Source of the DNA: Styela clava | Lineage: Eukaryota | Direction of reading: 5' to 3' | DNA: 64,000 nucleotides | Assembly (NCBI RefSeq): GCF_964204865.1 | Contig: NC_135260.1 | Span: 20,894,001 to 20,958,000 of the forward strand | Shown here: positions 11,801-23,828 of the stretch, in pieces | Layout of the letters: the number at the start of each line of letters is the position of its first letter | Position numbering within the stretch: the stretch's first letter is position 1 | Notes under the pieces: generated by a model | What the model was told of the DNA's origin: nothing | Seen by the model: only the letters and a program-made list of their open reading frames with translations | Database searches by the model: none | Program-made: the position numbers and the translations under genes

Positions 11801-14800
11801 ATGGCCGATATCGAGTTACAAGAAACACCCGTATTGGAACAAACTACAGATACTACTGTTGCTGCATCGGAAGAAAACCAGCAACTGACCGCGGATCAAC
11901 CTCCAGCAGAAAGCGAAGTGCCTGCTGATGGAACGGAAAGTGGGAATGACGACGCCGTCAATGGCAACAATGAGGACCAAGACCAGCAGCAGCCGACCGA
12001 TGGTGGTGATGAAGAAGAGAATAACGAGGATAAAAGGTGAATTATATATTTTAACATAAGTTATCTAAATACAGAAAGTCTATGCAATGATGTAAGTAAT
12101 TTGCGTCTGAAATAAAGTGGTGACAATTGCCGTTGTCGTTTGAGCCATTTTATCAACTGTTGTATAATGTAACTGAGCATGGATTCTATTGTATTTTCTT
12201 TAAATCTGCCCATATAACTGTATAACCGTATTCAGCATTTGGATTCTTTAGCTTTCACACTATGAAATCAGTCATTTTTTGACTATTCCATTTCTTCGAT
12301 GAAATTAGGTTGGCTTAGCCACTTTGCGGCCATCAACTTAATCGATGTAACTAATGCTGCAAAAATTAATGAACTGCGATGATATTTAGCAGGCCTTATC
12401 GACCACTTATGCCTCGTAGCTCTACGATTTTGTGAGCATTTTCAATAGGTCTGTAGGTCGATTTTCTTAGAAGTTGGGAACTGTACGATGAAAGTGCAAC
12501 TGTGTATTCAAAATTCTTTCAATTCAATATCATTAATGCCGACGGGTCCGATCAAAATATTGATACGTAAAGATAAAAATCTGTAAATACAGGAATACTA
12601 TTACGAGATTATGTGTGTTGGGACAATGCAACCGGTGTGTGAAATCTGGAAGTTTTTGCTGGTTATATTCCAAAAAAATGCACATCGATTCATAGGAGTC
12701 AAAATGTTTTTTATTTTTATTTTGATAATTCATGAAATCAGCAGAACACAAATTATGGAAATTTTGGAAGGTAAAATTGTATTGATACTGGAACAAACTA
12801 TGTCAGTCTGTCAATACGTCTAATCGTAACAACAGATTAATGCATTTTTACTTTTTTCATGATTGAAACTTCTAAAACGCACATTGGATTTTCATTTCAT
12901 GAAAAAAAAATTCTTCTAAATTTGTACGCCAACAATCCATAGTAAAATGAATGCTCAATGCGGCATTAAATTTAATTTCTCTTGTGTGAATTATGCTAAT
13001 CATGTGGGCCAGGGCTACTCAGCTGGCGGACCGCTTTTCAAATCCCGACCTTTTTTAGAGTATTTGATTCGAACCGAACTTATTCTTTATTTTAGATCAT
13101 TACAGTACGGCACACTTTACAGATCGAGAGACAATCTCTCGTTTTAGAGAAACCTATTTTAATGGTGATCGAATATCCCTCCTTCGATGTACGTCTGGCG
13201 GATTTTGTCTCCCGATATCGATAAATTGAAGCAGCGCAGTAAACTAACAAAAAGCGCAATCTAAAACCATCATCATTGAATTCCTCGTGAAAAAATAATC
13301 AGATCTACCGATGTAAAAAAATTTTTACCGGTGCGTTCGAGAGAAATGAGCAAAAAACGATTGACGGCGTGTGACGTCACTGAATTTCAATCGACGCACG
13401 CAGGCACGCATCGGCCGTTCCTCGACGTAAACCTTGGCGTGCCGTGTTTCTCTCATTTTCAATGTAGATAGGATGGCGTGTTAACGATAATAAATGGATC
13501 AGAGATAATAAAAATTACATTTTGATAACACACAATCGATAAACAGTAAAATTAATGCCTCGATATAGCATTAGATGAATAAGTTCATAAAGCAATAATT
13601 TAATCTAATGCCGCAACGAGACATTCATATGCCGCAAAATGTGCAACTTGCGTAATTTATACAAGAATAGATCGGCGAAAAACGAGAATCAAATTAGCAA
13701 AATAACTTAATATAATGCCACATCGATGTATTCATATGCCGCAAATGTTCAGTTTGCATAATTTATACTAGTATAGATCGGTAAAAAACAAGATTCAAAA
13801 TAATATAATGTCCCATCGATACGATACATTCATATGCCGCAAATGTTTAACTTCCGAAAGTTACGGTATACGAGAATAATTTAATTCAATGCCACATCGA
13901 GGCATTCATATGCCACAAATGTTAATCTATACGAAAATAATTTAATTCATATGCCGCAAATGATCAACTTGCGTAATTTACACAATAATAGATCGGCAAG
14001 AAACAAGAATCAAATTAGCAAAATAATGTAACACATGCCGCATCGATGTATTCATATGCCGCAAATGTTCAATTTGCGTAATTTATACTAGTATAGATCG
14101 ATGAAAAACAAGATTCAAACTAATATAATGCGGCATCGATACATTCATATGTCGCGAATGTTTAACTTCGAAGTATACGGAATACGAGAATATTTTAATT
14201 CAATGCCACGTCGAGGCAATCATATACCGCAAATGTTAATTTGCGTGATTTATGCAAGAATAGATAGGTGAAAAACAAGAATCAAATTAATATAATGCCG
14301 CATTGATGCATTCGTATGCCGCAAATGATCAACTTGCGTGGTCTGTGAAAAACAAGAATCAAATTGGCAAAATAGTTTAATCCAATTAATCATCGAGGCT
14401 TTTATTTTACATTTCTGGAAGTTTCAGTTCTAAATAACCGAAGATGCTATGTTAAATTGTTGTAATTACAGGTATTAACGGGCATACAAAGTTTCAATAT
14501 CGATATTAATTTAACTATTGAAAAAAAAAACTTCGATATCGTGCATCGTTTTGACTTCGTTATACGACAATTCAAACGATGTCATGTAGTCACAAACACT
14601 TATAATAAAATTAGTTGGACTCGTAGACGTATTAATCGAAACGCATAATTTTGTAATCTCTTGATATTATTTAAAAGTAATTATTTTATTCACAGACAAT
14701 TGCATTTACGCGAAATTATTTTAATTAGGCACTACCAACAGTAGACTGAATATAATGATTCAGAAATACATCGTATATCTAACCATATAGGTCAGTATAC

Positions 14801-17800
14801 ATCGGTAAAAAACGAAAATCAAATTAGCAAAATTCGAGAGCCGTGCCGAACTGCCGATCTGTGCGTGACTTTCTTTGACGTCATATCCAGACATCTGACG
14901 TTCTCACGCATCGAGCTCGCAGACGACTCGACGCCCCCCGTTTCACAGACGCCTATTCATATTTTGGCTCTTCCGGAATGTAGACGCAAATCCGGATTCG
15001 GGATAGTGTGCCGTACTGCATTAGCCCCACTTTTGCAGTTTCCTTTTATTAAAATCACTATAGTTTTGAATATATATAAAAAGAACTATAACCCCATAAT
15101 AAACAATCTTGATGAGCTAATAGTCATTAGCTAGCGGAGAAGGTGCATGCTTAAGGAAGCGAAAATATTTCTGAAAAGAATGACCCAAATAATTTTTAAG
15201 TTTTATATGCGGATCTTTGGTAAAAATAGTTGAGTAGCCCTGATGCGGGGCATCGCATGACGCACATGAATAATTTATACAAGAATAATTTAATGCAATG
15301 CTGCATCGTTGCTTTCATTTCAATGCCTTGGTATGGATTATTAATGTCCAAATTTAAAATAAATATCGCCATTGTTAGAACATATCATAATCCATGGTAC
15401 ATTCTGGTAGTTTCAATCCAGAAAAGAAATAACGGAGATGCACTCTTCAATAGTTATTATTACATGTCTGGCCAGATATGAAAAGTTTAAGTTCACTATC
15501 AAGGTGAATTTAACCCTTTCCATGCGATTTTTATTTTTCATTAAATAATCGTATTTGCTACGCCGATTTTATGCATTTGTACCCCTACAACTAATCGATC
15601 GACTAACAAAAAACTAATGATCCTCTGCTGCCCACTGACGGCTCGTTGGAAAGCCTATTTAAAGAGCTTGCAATTGGTGAAAAAAATTTTTTTTTTAAAA
15701 GTGGTGGTCTGAGTCACAAACCGGATAGAAAAAAGGCATTTTTTTTTCTTGGGAGTTGAAACTTCAAACCGCGATAAAAAATAGAAATATTCGCTAAATC
15801 CTTTTACTGCTTCGTGGTTGGCAAACAATAGCATAATGTTGCTGTAGCAATTTCGTGATCTAACTCAAAATACTTTGGTAGATGGAAGGAATAATATGTC
15901 TTCTATTACCACCCAAAAAAAAAAAACGAAATTGCATAATTTTCAAGAACACTCCCTCGTTAATAAAATTCCCGTCGTAATTAAAAGCGAGATTTACCAT
16001 TGCTTATGTTAATCTCGAAGAAGACTTCTTATCAACAAACTTAAACCCGGAAAAACTAGACCAACAGTTTGCGACCGATTGCTAAATAAAACGATGGGTG
16101 CTAAATAAAACAATGGGTAACAACGTGCCCACCGCATGGTAAGGGTAACTCTTGAAAAAAGTTGTTACTTGTTTTCCTGGCTTTTATGCTTTTTCGAGAT
16201 TTCATGATGAGGTAGGTGGAAAGTGTGTGATTGAGTGATCAAACTCTTGCACCCTTCCGTTTTTCCCATTATTAATTACTGGTAGTTCATTGACATGATG
16301 AACACAAGTTTATCATGTTTGTGAAGTGGGTAAACCACCTGTGTTAGCAATGGCACCTGTGTTAGCAATGGGAGTCCATATTAATTCTATGATTTGAAAT
16401 CGATAAAGACAGTGTTCCAGATTGCTTCATAGTAATATAGTCAATGTCTATAGCACTATTATTTTTCTTTTCCAGGAAACTGTTTGTCGGAGGACTGTCT
16501 TGGGAAACAAATCAAAGTTAGTATATTTTGATTGATGTTGGTTCAAACTTGAATTTTCATTAGTTATTTAAATTGTAAAACCTATTTTAGCTACCCTGAA
16601 AGATTTCATGCAACAGTTTGGTGATGTAGAAAAGACCACAGTGAAAATGGACAGCACGACTGGAAGATCTCGCTGCTTTGGTTTTGTCATTTTTAAAGAA
16701 GTCGCTGGTTTAGAAAAAGTAAGATGACTTTTTAAATTAATTTTATATTGAAAACAGTGTATGTGAATGCTTCAATTCATGGCAAACACATTACCATACC
16801 TTGTTGAAAATTAGGATGTTGTATATGCATAAATGCATTACAATTAGAATAGTATAGTAATGACAGTAATACTGTGTGCATCGGCTGTTTCAATTCTGAA
16901 GTGCATTTGCATTGTCAATGTTTGGGACCGAAAAATTAAAAAGTTAATATATTTATAGGCTTTGGCAAATGTACCTCATAAGGTTGATGATCGGACTATA
17001 GACTCTAAAATAGCACAACCACAAAGAAAAGAAGGCAAATTATTTGTCGGTGGTGTAAAACCCGAGACAACACAAGAAACTATCGAGGAATATTTCTCAA
17101 AATTTGGAAAAGTAAGTTTTCAAAATTTGCTAGCTTACATTTGGAATTCACCTTTTTCAAAAACTCACTGGAAAGCATTTTTACTCTATTTTTAGATTGA
17201 GAAGTATGAAAGACCCCGTGATCAGAAAACTGACAAACCGAAACCATTCTGTTTCATCACCTTTGTTAAAGATGGGCCGATTGCTAAAATCACTGTTGAT
17301 AAGTATCACGATTTGGATGGAAAGCAGGTATTTTGAGGAGTTATTCTGGATCCACTGGTTTAGATTTTTCAAGCCTAGGTTAATGCCAACCGCTGTGTCG
17401 ATGATTTAAATAGTTATCCCTGTCTGAATTAACTGTGGATAAACCCGCATCGCAATGAGACACTACTGGAGATTGAGGGCACAATGTTCACACCAGATTT
17501 TAGGATTAAAGTTACTATTAGATTATCTAATAATTTGATGGCTTGAATTGTTCCATGTTTTGTAAAATGTTTCTTTATGCAGGGATAGAAAAATAATCTG
17601 CTAAATCTAAATTTTCTAAGGTTGAATGCAAGCAGGCAGAGCCTCCTTCCCATGGCCGCGATGGTTCAAGAGGTCGGGGTAGAAATATGGGTGGAAGACA
17701 CATGGGCGGTGGCTCGGACTGGAGTGGAGGATTTGGCAGTAAGATCTTGTTTAATAGTGAAATATGTTATTTGTTTTTTTAATCATGTATTCAGCTGCAG

Positions 17801-18659
17801 TCACCTTTGTACCCCTAGCACTATTCTGAATAGTAGATTTATTAATCTTTTTCGGTTTTCCCCACCTTGTCAAAACCACTGCTGGGTGTTATTACTATGG
17901 AAACCTAGTGTTAGTAATAATGGTTGATCAAATAGGACAAAGCCATGGCAATTGCTCACAAGCTTTTAATTGTTGCAGCGCAAACTATTTGTTCAATTTC
18001 AACCAACGACCAACCCCTCAACTGACCAACCCCTTATAAATGAATATTTAATACAATTTTCAGACTATGGAGGTCCTGGTGGTGGATACAATCAGGCATA
18101 CGGACCTGGTGGATATGGACCGGGTAATTTTGGATATGGTGGTGGCTTTGATCCCTACGGCGGGTATGGAAATTTTAACCAGGGTGGTTATGGTTATGGA
18201 GGCACCGGTGGTTACAGTTTTGGGGGAGGGGGCGCTGCTGGTGGAGGATATGGCTTTGGGGGAGGTAAGACTGCTACTCATAGGTGGTTTTATTATGATA
18301 AATTGTTTATCCAAAAATGAATTATGTTAGTTCATGCGAGGTGTATAGGTTAATATTTCAAAAATAGTTTCAATCATTGTGTCGATGATTTAAATAGTTA
18401 TCCCTGTCTGAATTTACTGTGGATAAACCCGCATCGCAATGAGACACAAATTGGAAAATCTTCTTTGCTGTAAACAGATATGCTGCAAATTATGCACACA
18501 TTTTAGTGAGAATGAACAAACTAATAATATCATTCTGTTGTACAAAAGAAGACTGTGTAAAACTGTTATTTTTATGCCTATTCAGGTCAACAACAACAAC
18601 AATCAGGGTTTGGTAAGACAGGTCGCAATCGTCAAGGGAGTAACTACAAACCTTACTGA
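11801..18659 (+). CDS. HNRNPAB: Heterogeneous nuclear ribonucleoprotein A/B-D family (squid-like), about 360 aa, 8 coding exons: 11801-12036, 16476-16516, 16591-16718, 16959-17111, 17196-17327, 17621-17738, 18064-18264, 18586-18659
   Basis: Acidic N-terminus, two RRMs (KLFVGGLSWET...SRCFGFVIF; KLFVGGV...PFCFITF), Gly/Tyr-rich region, C-terminal PY-NLS ...GSNYKPY*; all junctions GT-AG and in phase. Likely pro-ortholog of HNRNPAB/D/DL. Confidence 0.9.
13103..15018. mobile_element. About 1.9-kb non-autonomous TIR element (Tc1/mariner-like ends) in hnRNP intron 1
   Basis: Perfect 14-bp TIR CAGTACGGCACACT / AGTGTGCCGTACTG; TA on the left flank, CA on the right. Confidence 0.6.
13550..14400. repeat. 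Degenerate minisatellite with about 320-bp higher-order period
   Basis: Recurrent CATTCATATGCCGCAAATG and AAAAACAAGAATCAAATT units; 13645-13810 is near-identical to 13965-14130. Confidence 0.8.
15514..16145. mobile_element. piggyBac-like MITE
   Basis: ttaa|CCCTTTCCATGCG ... CGCATGGTAAGGG|taac; CCC/GGG termini with a TTAA-type TSD. Confidence 0.6.
17395..17463 (+). ncRNA. Box C/D snoRNA, snR38/SNORD1-like (copy 1, hnRNP intron 5)
   Basis: Terminal stem GTGTC/GACAC, C box ATGATTT, D' CTGA preceded by AGTTATCCCTGT (antisense to conserved LSU ACAGGGAUAACU), D box ATGA; duplicated at 18377. Confidence 0.85.
18377..18449 (+). ncRNA. Box C/D snoRNA, snR38/SNORD1-like (copy 2, hnRNP intron 7)
   Basis: Identical to copy 1 except one substitution in the loop after D'; longer stem TTGTGTC/GACACAA; flanks unrelated to copy 1. 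Confidence 0.85.
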
Positions 18660-19067
18660 GCAGATTTTGATCTTGATAAAGGTAAGGTTTATATTGTTGA
18701 CTAAACATGCATTCTCATTTTGCTTTGAATGATGAAGCAATCCATGTATGTGGATTCTCCCGAGCTGATGAGTTTGTTTATTCCTTAATAATGGTCTGGC
18801 TCAATATTAGATTACTGCTATTGTCTAGATCAGTTGTTGTGAGACGACTGTTCTTTCAATTTTCAATTCTTTCACTGACCCGGACAACAAGCGAAAAACT
18901 AATAAAAGTAGCAGCAGTAACATGCTTGTGTGGTCAATTATTATTGCTATGTGGCATAATGTAATTTTGGAAAATAGCATTTTATAATGTTGTGTTGCGC
19001 TTCCAATTGTCATCATTTTTCATTCAAATCTGAACTATAGTTGAGAAATGAAGGATTTTCTTGAGTC

Positions 19068-19527
19068 CAGTGGCGCAGCCAGGCGGTTTCAGATTCAAAG
19101 CATTATGAATTTTGTGTTACGAGCTTGCCTGCCCACACTTTGTGTTCATTACCAACAGTAGTGCTCTATTAAGACTAGCCCTATTAAAATTAAATGAATT
19201 TTTTTCCGAATCATGATTGAATACTAATAATTATTGTAAAGCATGTGCTCCATCTACTTCTACTTAGAGATTTGTTGTTGGAAAAAGATTATAAATTATA
19301 GTATTCACACATTTGTGTTGAAATGCAGTTATGACATTTTAGGAATGATTATTACTGGTCATGGGTTGAATATCATCAACAAAAAAATCAGCATCAGCCG
19401 GAAAGACAACTCCAACAAGTTTTGTTGTAGTAGCAAGTGTTCAGGACCATGGCAATTGTTTCAAAAGCCCCTGCACAGAAATATCCTAGCTCTGTATGAA
19501 ATTAATGACTGCCTGGCTGCGCCCCTG
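19068..19527. mobile_element. hAT-like MITE in the hnRNP 3' region
   Basis: TIRs CAGTGGCGCAGCCAGG / CCTGGCTGCGCCCCTG; degenerate TSD cttgagtc/attgtgtc. Confidence 0.7.
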
Positions 19528-21403
19528 ATTGTGTCTTTTTAAATTTTTATCAATGCCAGTTATCATCATTTGCAAGATATTATTTGTTGTAATTCAGTAT
19601 TCGAGTTAGAAGGCAAATATTTTAACAGATTTGAAAAGTTGACTTAAATGCATTATCTGCGAGGTAGCCTTCTATACTCAGTAATTATACCAGTCTACCA
19701 GGTTTTATTAAGCTGAAACCTGAAAGTTCTTAATTTTCTTGTGTAAGTTGTCAGGAAGTTAGTTCCGTGATAAACAATATTAAGTTTTTGTAGATCAGAA
19801 ATTGTAGCATGTCGCTTGTCAAAATTATATGATGAACTTGATATAAATTGAGATGTTCTTTTTCACCAAGTGCATGTGCAGGAGGGAATCATCCACATCT
19901 ACGGCTCTCTGGTCCCATTTATTTTCTACTGTAATTATCAATAATTTCATCAACTAAAGTTTTGTTACACATAAGCATCTATTTTCAAGATTTTATTTCT
20001 ATCAGTATTTTCTGTAATAATCAGTTACTTCTGATGCTCTGCACTTTTCATGGAGTACCGCGTAGTTGGATTTGTGTTGGCCCGTTGATAATTTTTGTCT
20101 TCGTTTACGCAACTTTGAGCGTGCAGAGCTGTTAACTAATTTGGCACTTGAGTGCCTGTAATGTAAAACAGTTTTGATGTGTAAAGTCTCTGCCCTTAAA
20201 ATGTAAGAACACCCCCCACCAATGACCGAACTTCAAAGGCCGATCGTGCATCTCGCCAATCAGAAGCGTCAACTCTTCTAGTTGCTCGACAAGTGGCTGC
20301 AAATGGGGTGTTCTGGATGATGCATATCACACAACCAGGCAAGGTTCTCTCCAATATATGAGACCAAATCATCTGTTAGCTCTGTTAAATGCTCTACACA
20401 AAGTGGATACTTTGTATATACAATAAATTATACATACATTCTTTTCCATGTCAAGTTTGTAAACAGTTTTTGTAATATCTTGTAAATATCGTTTTTTGAC
20501 TTCGTCATGTGGTTTATTTCATTTTTTACATAATATAAATAAACTTTTTCATTGTTTGCCTAAACCATGTATATTCTATTAATCAGTGTTCATATGTAGG
20601 AACATGTTATAGGTTTTTTTAATTAGTTACTGTAGTCTTTTTGCTTTTTGATGGATGTCTAAACAAATATATTTTACGTTTAGGAAACCTGCAAAACAAC
20701 TGCCGTGTATATATGCTGCGGCACTCTGCTTGAATATAAGCCTCTGGCAAAGAAACTTCATCGGAAACTAAATGCGCCACCTGATTGTGATACTTAATCC
20801 TCTAAATGTCTATCTAATTGGTTGTATTCTCTGTATATATTTTTCTTATGTATGTCCTTTTTTACTAAAATGATTAGCTCGAAATGAATTTGTGTGTTGA
20901 ATTTGGGTAGTGGAGTTGCTGTCCAATAGTTCACGTCAACAATATTGGTCTAGGTAGCTTCGCTTCTATTATCGTCGTCATATTCTTATTTCCCAATATG
21001 CGTTTTATTGCATTGGTCTGCTTATTAACAAATAAGATTGTGCTGGTGGAAACCACTTGGTGACGAGTAGCGGCACGATGGTGTTTTAATAATAACTTGA
21101 CTGATTTTGTGATTCTCCAAAGACTCATCAATGTCGAGTGAACTTGATGTTTTATGCTAGTACGGTTATTTTCGAAAATGCAGCACCGTTTTTAAAATTT
21201 CAATACATAACAAACATTAGTCAACCTACCAAACGGAGATACCATAAATGAATGCCGATCGTGGTTTTAGAAGGCACGTGATCATTGTCCAAAATCTACA
21301 GTGCTGTTTGGACGGTGGACATTTAGGCTCAATGTTAGAAATCAGTTTGCATAACAACGACCGGACACACTGAACTTTGGACATGTGGGATGAGAGTCCA
21401 AGC

Positions 21404-22586
21404 TAGGATTACCATATTTGAAAATGCAAAATCCCGGACAATGTTTGGCTATTTTCATGAGACCATATATATTCGGAACCGAAATGCTAAGGCTGCAAAC
21501 GTTGTACAATATTCATGCTGAGAGTCGCATTTATTACCACAACGAACCGCGGCGTCTCTTGTTATGGTTTCTATTCAGAAATCAGTATACAGTATTCATA
21601 AAGTCATGTACCAGATTTCAGTTAATCATGCGGAATTATAACAAAGTTTTCATTCTTTCTTTTACAAGCCATTTATGAACCAGCTCCAAATTTTCTAGCA
21701 CTTCTGCGACGGAATTGTTTTCTCTCCCAACCACTTTAATACGTCCATGAAACACGGACATTAGTGAGTGCATATGCCAAAGGTATAAGAACCGTTGGTG
21801 GATGTACTTGTGACAAAAAGTAGGACTTCAGGGGTGAAAACATTTCTAACAATCTTGAAATTCCAGGAAACAAGGCCAGCGAGTCTTGCTATGAGAGAGA
21901 AGTCTCTTGTATTCACAATTTGCAATCTCGCAGTATTTGTTCAGTTCTAACTGTGTAAATAGAAAAATATTGATATATATTATTTCCATTATCGATGTTC
22001 ATTTATTAACCCCCATGATGGATACGATTGTTTAAAACGTGTGCTGAACAGCCAACCCCGATCAATGACGGATTTAACGTTTCCTTTAATAATTTGCAAA
22101 CACATTGTTTCCTTGTTCATTACGCCGAAGTCCTCCAAACATAGTATTGCAGTTGTCTCCTGTAAATGCCACACATTTTTTCAAAAGTATTATTTTTAGT
22201 AAGGTATATTTTACATATAATAAGTGGCAATTGTGTCTCGTTTGCCTTGTTTGTAAACTCGATCAATTTTGATTGCAAACCAATATTCTCCAGTCTAAAT
22301 ATTGAATAATTGTAGGAAATACTTCCAGAAAGTTCTAGGTGGTAAACATCATTGATAAGGAAAACGCTTCGTTACATCATACTTCCATACAACCTCGTAG
22401 TAAAAAAATATGCGCACGGTACGGAATAACAATAATCTGTATTCGCAGTGTGCACAGTACGATTACAGATGCAGTAAAATTCTGGGTTCCGGACATTTGA
22501 GCATTTTTAAAAATTCTTCCCGGACGCAAAATTTAACCCTAAATTCCGGACATGTACGGAATTTTCCGGACGGTATGGACCGCCTA
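21404..22586. mobile_element. Non-autonomous hAT element (TAGG...CCTA type)
   Basis: TAGG/CCTA ends, clustered subterminal CCGGAC motifs, near-TSD agtccaa(g)c. Confidence 0.6.
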
Positions 22587-23002
22587 AGTCCAACATCTTG
22601 TCAAAATTATGAAGCGTCGCGACTCAAATTTTAACAAACAAACAAGATAAAATTCAAATTTGCAAGATTGCAAAAAATATGCAAATATGCATGCAAGCTT
22701 TCTACATTTTTTACGACCCACTAAGACTTCTTTTGCGACTCATAGTTTGGGAACCGCTGCTGAACACATTTGCGTGTATTTCCATTCATAAGAATATGAA
22801 TACTGCTGTGACAGTAGATATTTTCTTAGATTATTTATCCTCATCAGAGAGGAATCATTACAACGGTATATATGTAAAACTAAATCGAAATGTCAATTAG
22901 GCGCGTTCACTGCACATAAACTTCAATTTTTTTACACGAGGTATTGGGATTTCTTCCCAAGTAAAGTAATGATGCAGTGATGTTAAAAATACTAAAAAGT
23001 AA

Positions 23003-23160
23003 GGCGCTCCAAAAGTATGTGTACCAATATGGAGGTAACTAATTTTGTTCGGCCATTTACATCAAGTTGTGTAACGGGACTGAAACCTATGAACAGGGGG
23101 ATATTCACTTGGCTAACAAAGACAGTCCCTGAACTCGTAATCAAACTAAAATAAGGAAAA
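23003..23160. mobile_element. Truncated family A variant MITE just upstream of the lipocalin ORF
   Basis: Reverse-orientation match to 8202-8420. Confidence 0.65.
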
Positions 23161-23225
23161 GATGCCATATTACCCTTGGAATCAATCAGCAGTAAGTCTT
23201 TAGGGAGAGGACACTCGAGGATACA

Positions 23226-23828
23226 ATGCTGAGGTTTCTAGCAGTGATCATTTTATATGTCGGGAAATATTTGATGTTGTCCTGCTGCCACTGCTGTGAA
23301 CTTTCAAAATTAGAAAAAGAAATCGATTATTCAGAACTAACTGGGACTTGGTATGAAACTGTGCATAGCGAAGAGACAATAGTGAGTTGCGAATCATTAC
23401 AATACCAGAGTGGGGCAAACGGCAGTTCCTCTGTTATATGGAGTTTTAAAAAGAATGCAAATTCTCATAACAAAAGCCATTTTAATGTATCTTTTGCTCG
23501 AATTGAACCATCCACGTTTCTCGCTAAAAATGAGATTGGTATGAAAAAAATAGAATATGCTATATTACAGGACGCTATATATGCCACTGAACATGAAATT
23601 GAATCGGAAATGGATGCATCAAAATGTATGCCAATTGTTCAGATTGTTGAAAAAAACGCATAGGTAATGGTTCTGATGTGTGACTTGTTCGGAATGAAAA
23701 AAGTGTATGCCGTGACGCCGGACCATGTCCCAAAAACAAAAACATTGCTGAAAATCCATAACAAATTAGTGGAAGTTGGAAATGGATGGGCAGATGTAAA
23801 ACTCAATTTAGCAAAGTGTTCTCAATAA
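23226..23828 (+). pseudogene. Intronless secreted lipocalin-like gene with one in-frame TAG at 23661-23663 (pseudogene, null allele, error or readthrough)
   Basis: Signal peptide; SCR1 motif IDYSELTGTWYET; frame continues past the TAG for 54 sense codons (VMVLMCDLFGMKKVYAVTP...AKCSQ*); AATAAA follows the downstream stop. Confidence 0.6.

Noticed and set aside
13550-14400. Repeat array superficially like a CRISPR
   Set aside because: Eukaryotic intron, the inter-repeat sequences are themselves repeated, and there are no cas genes; it is a minisatellite
16830-16912. GTAATGA...CTGA inside a weak stem in hnRNP intron 3
   Set aside because: Too short and no recognisable antisense element
18729-18767. 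ATGATGA...CTGA in the 3'UTR intron (possible third snoRNA or SECIS)
   Set aside because: Only 28 nt between the boxes, weak terminal stem, no identifiable guide; no apical AAR and no in-frame UGA for a SECIS
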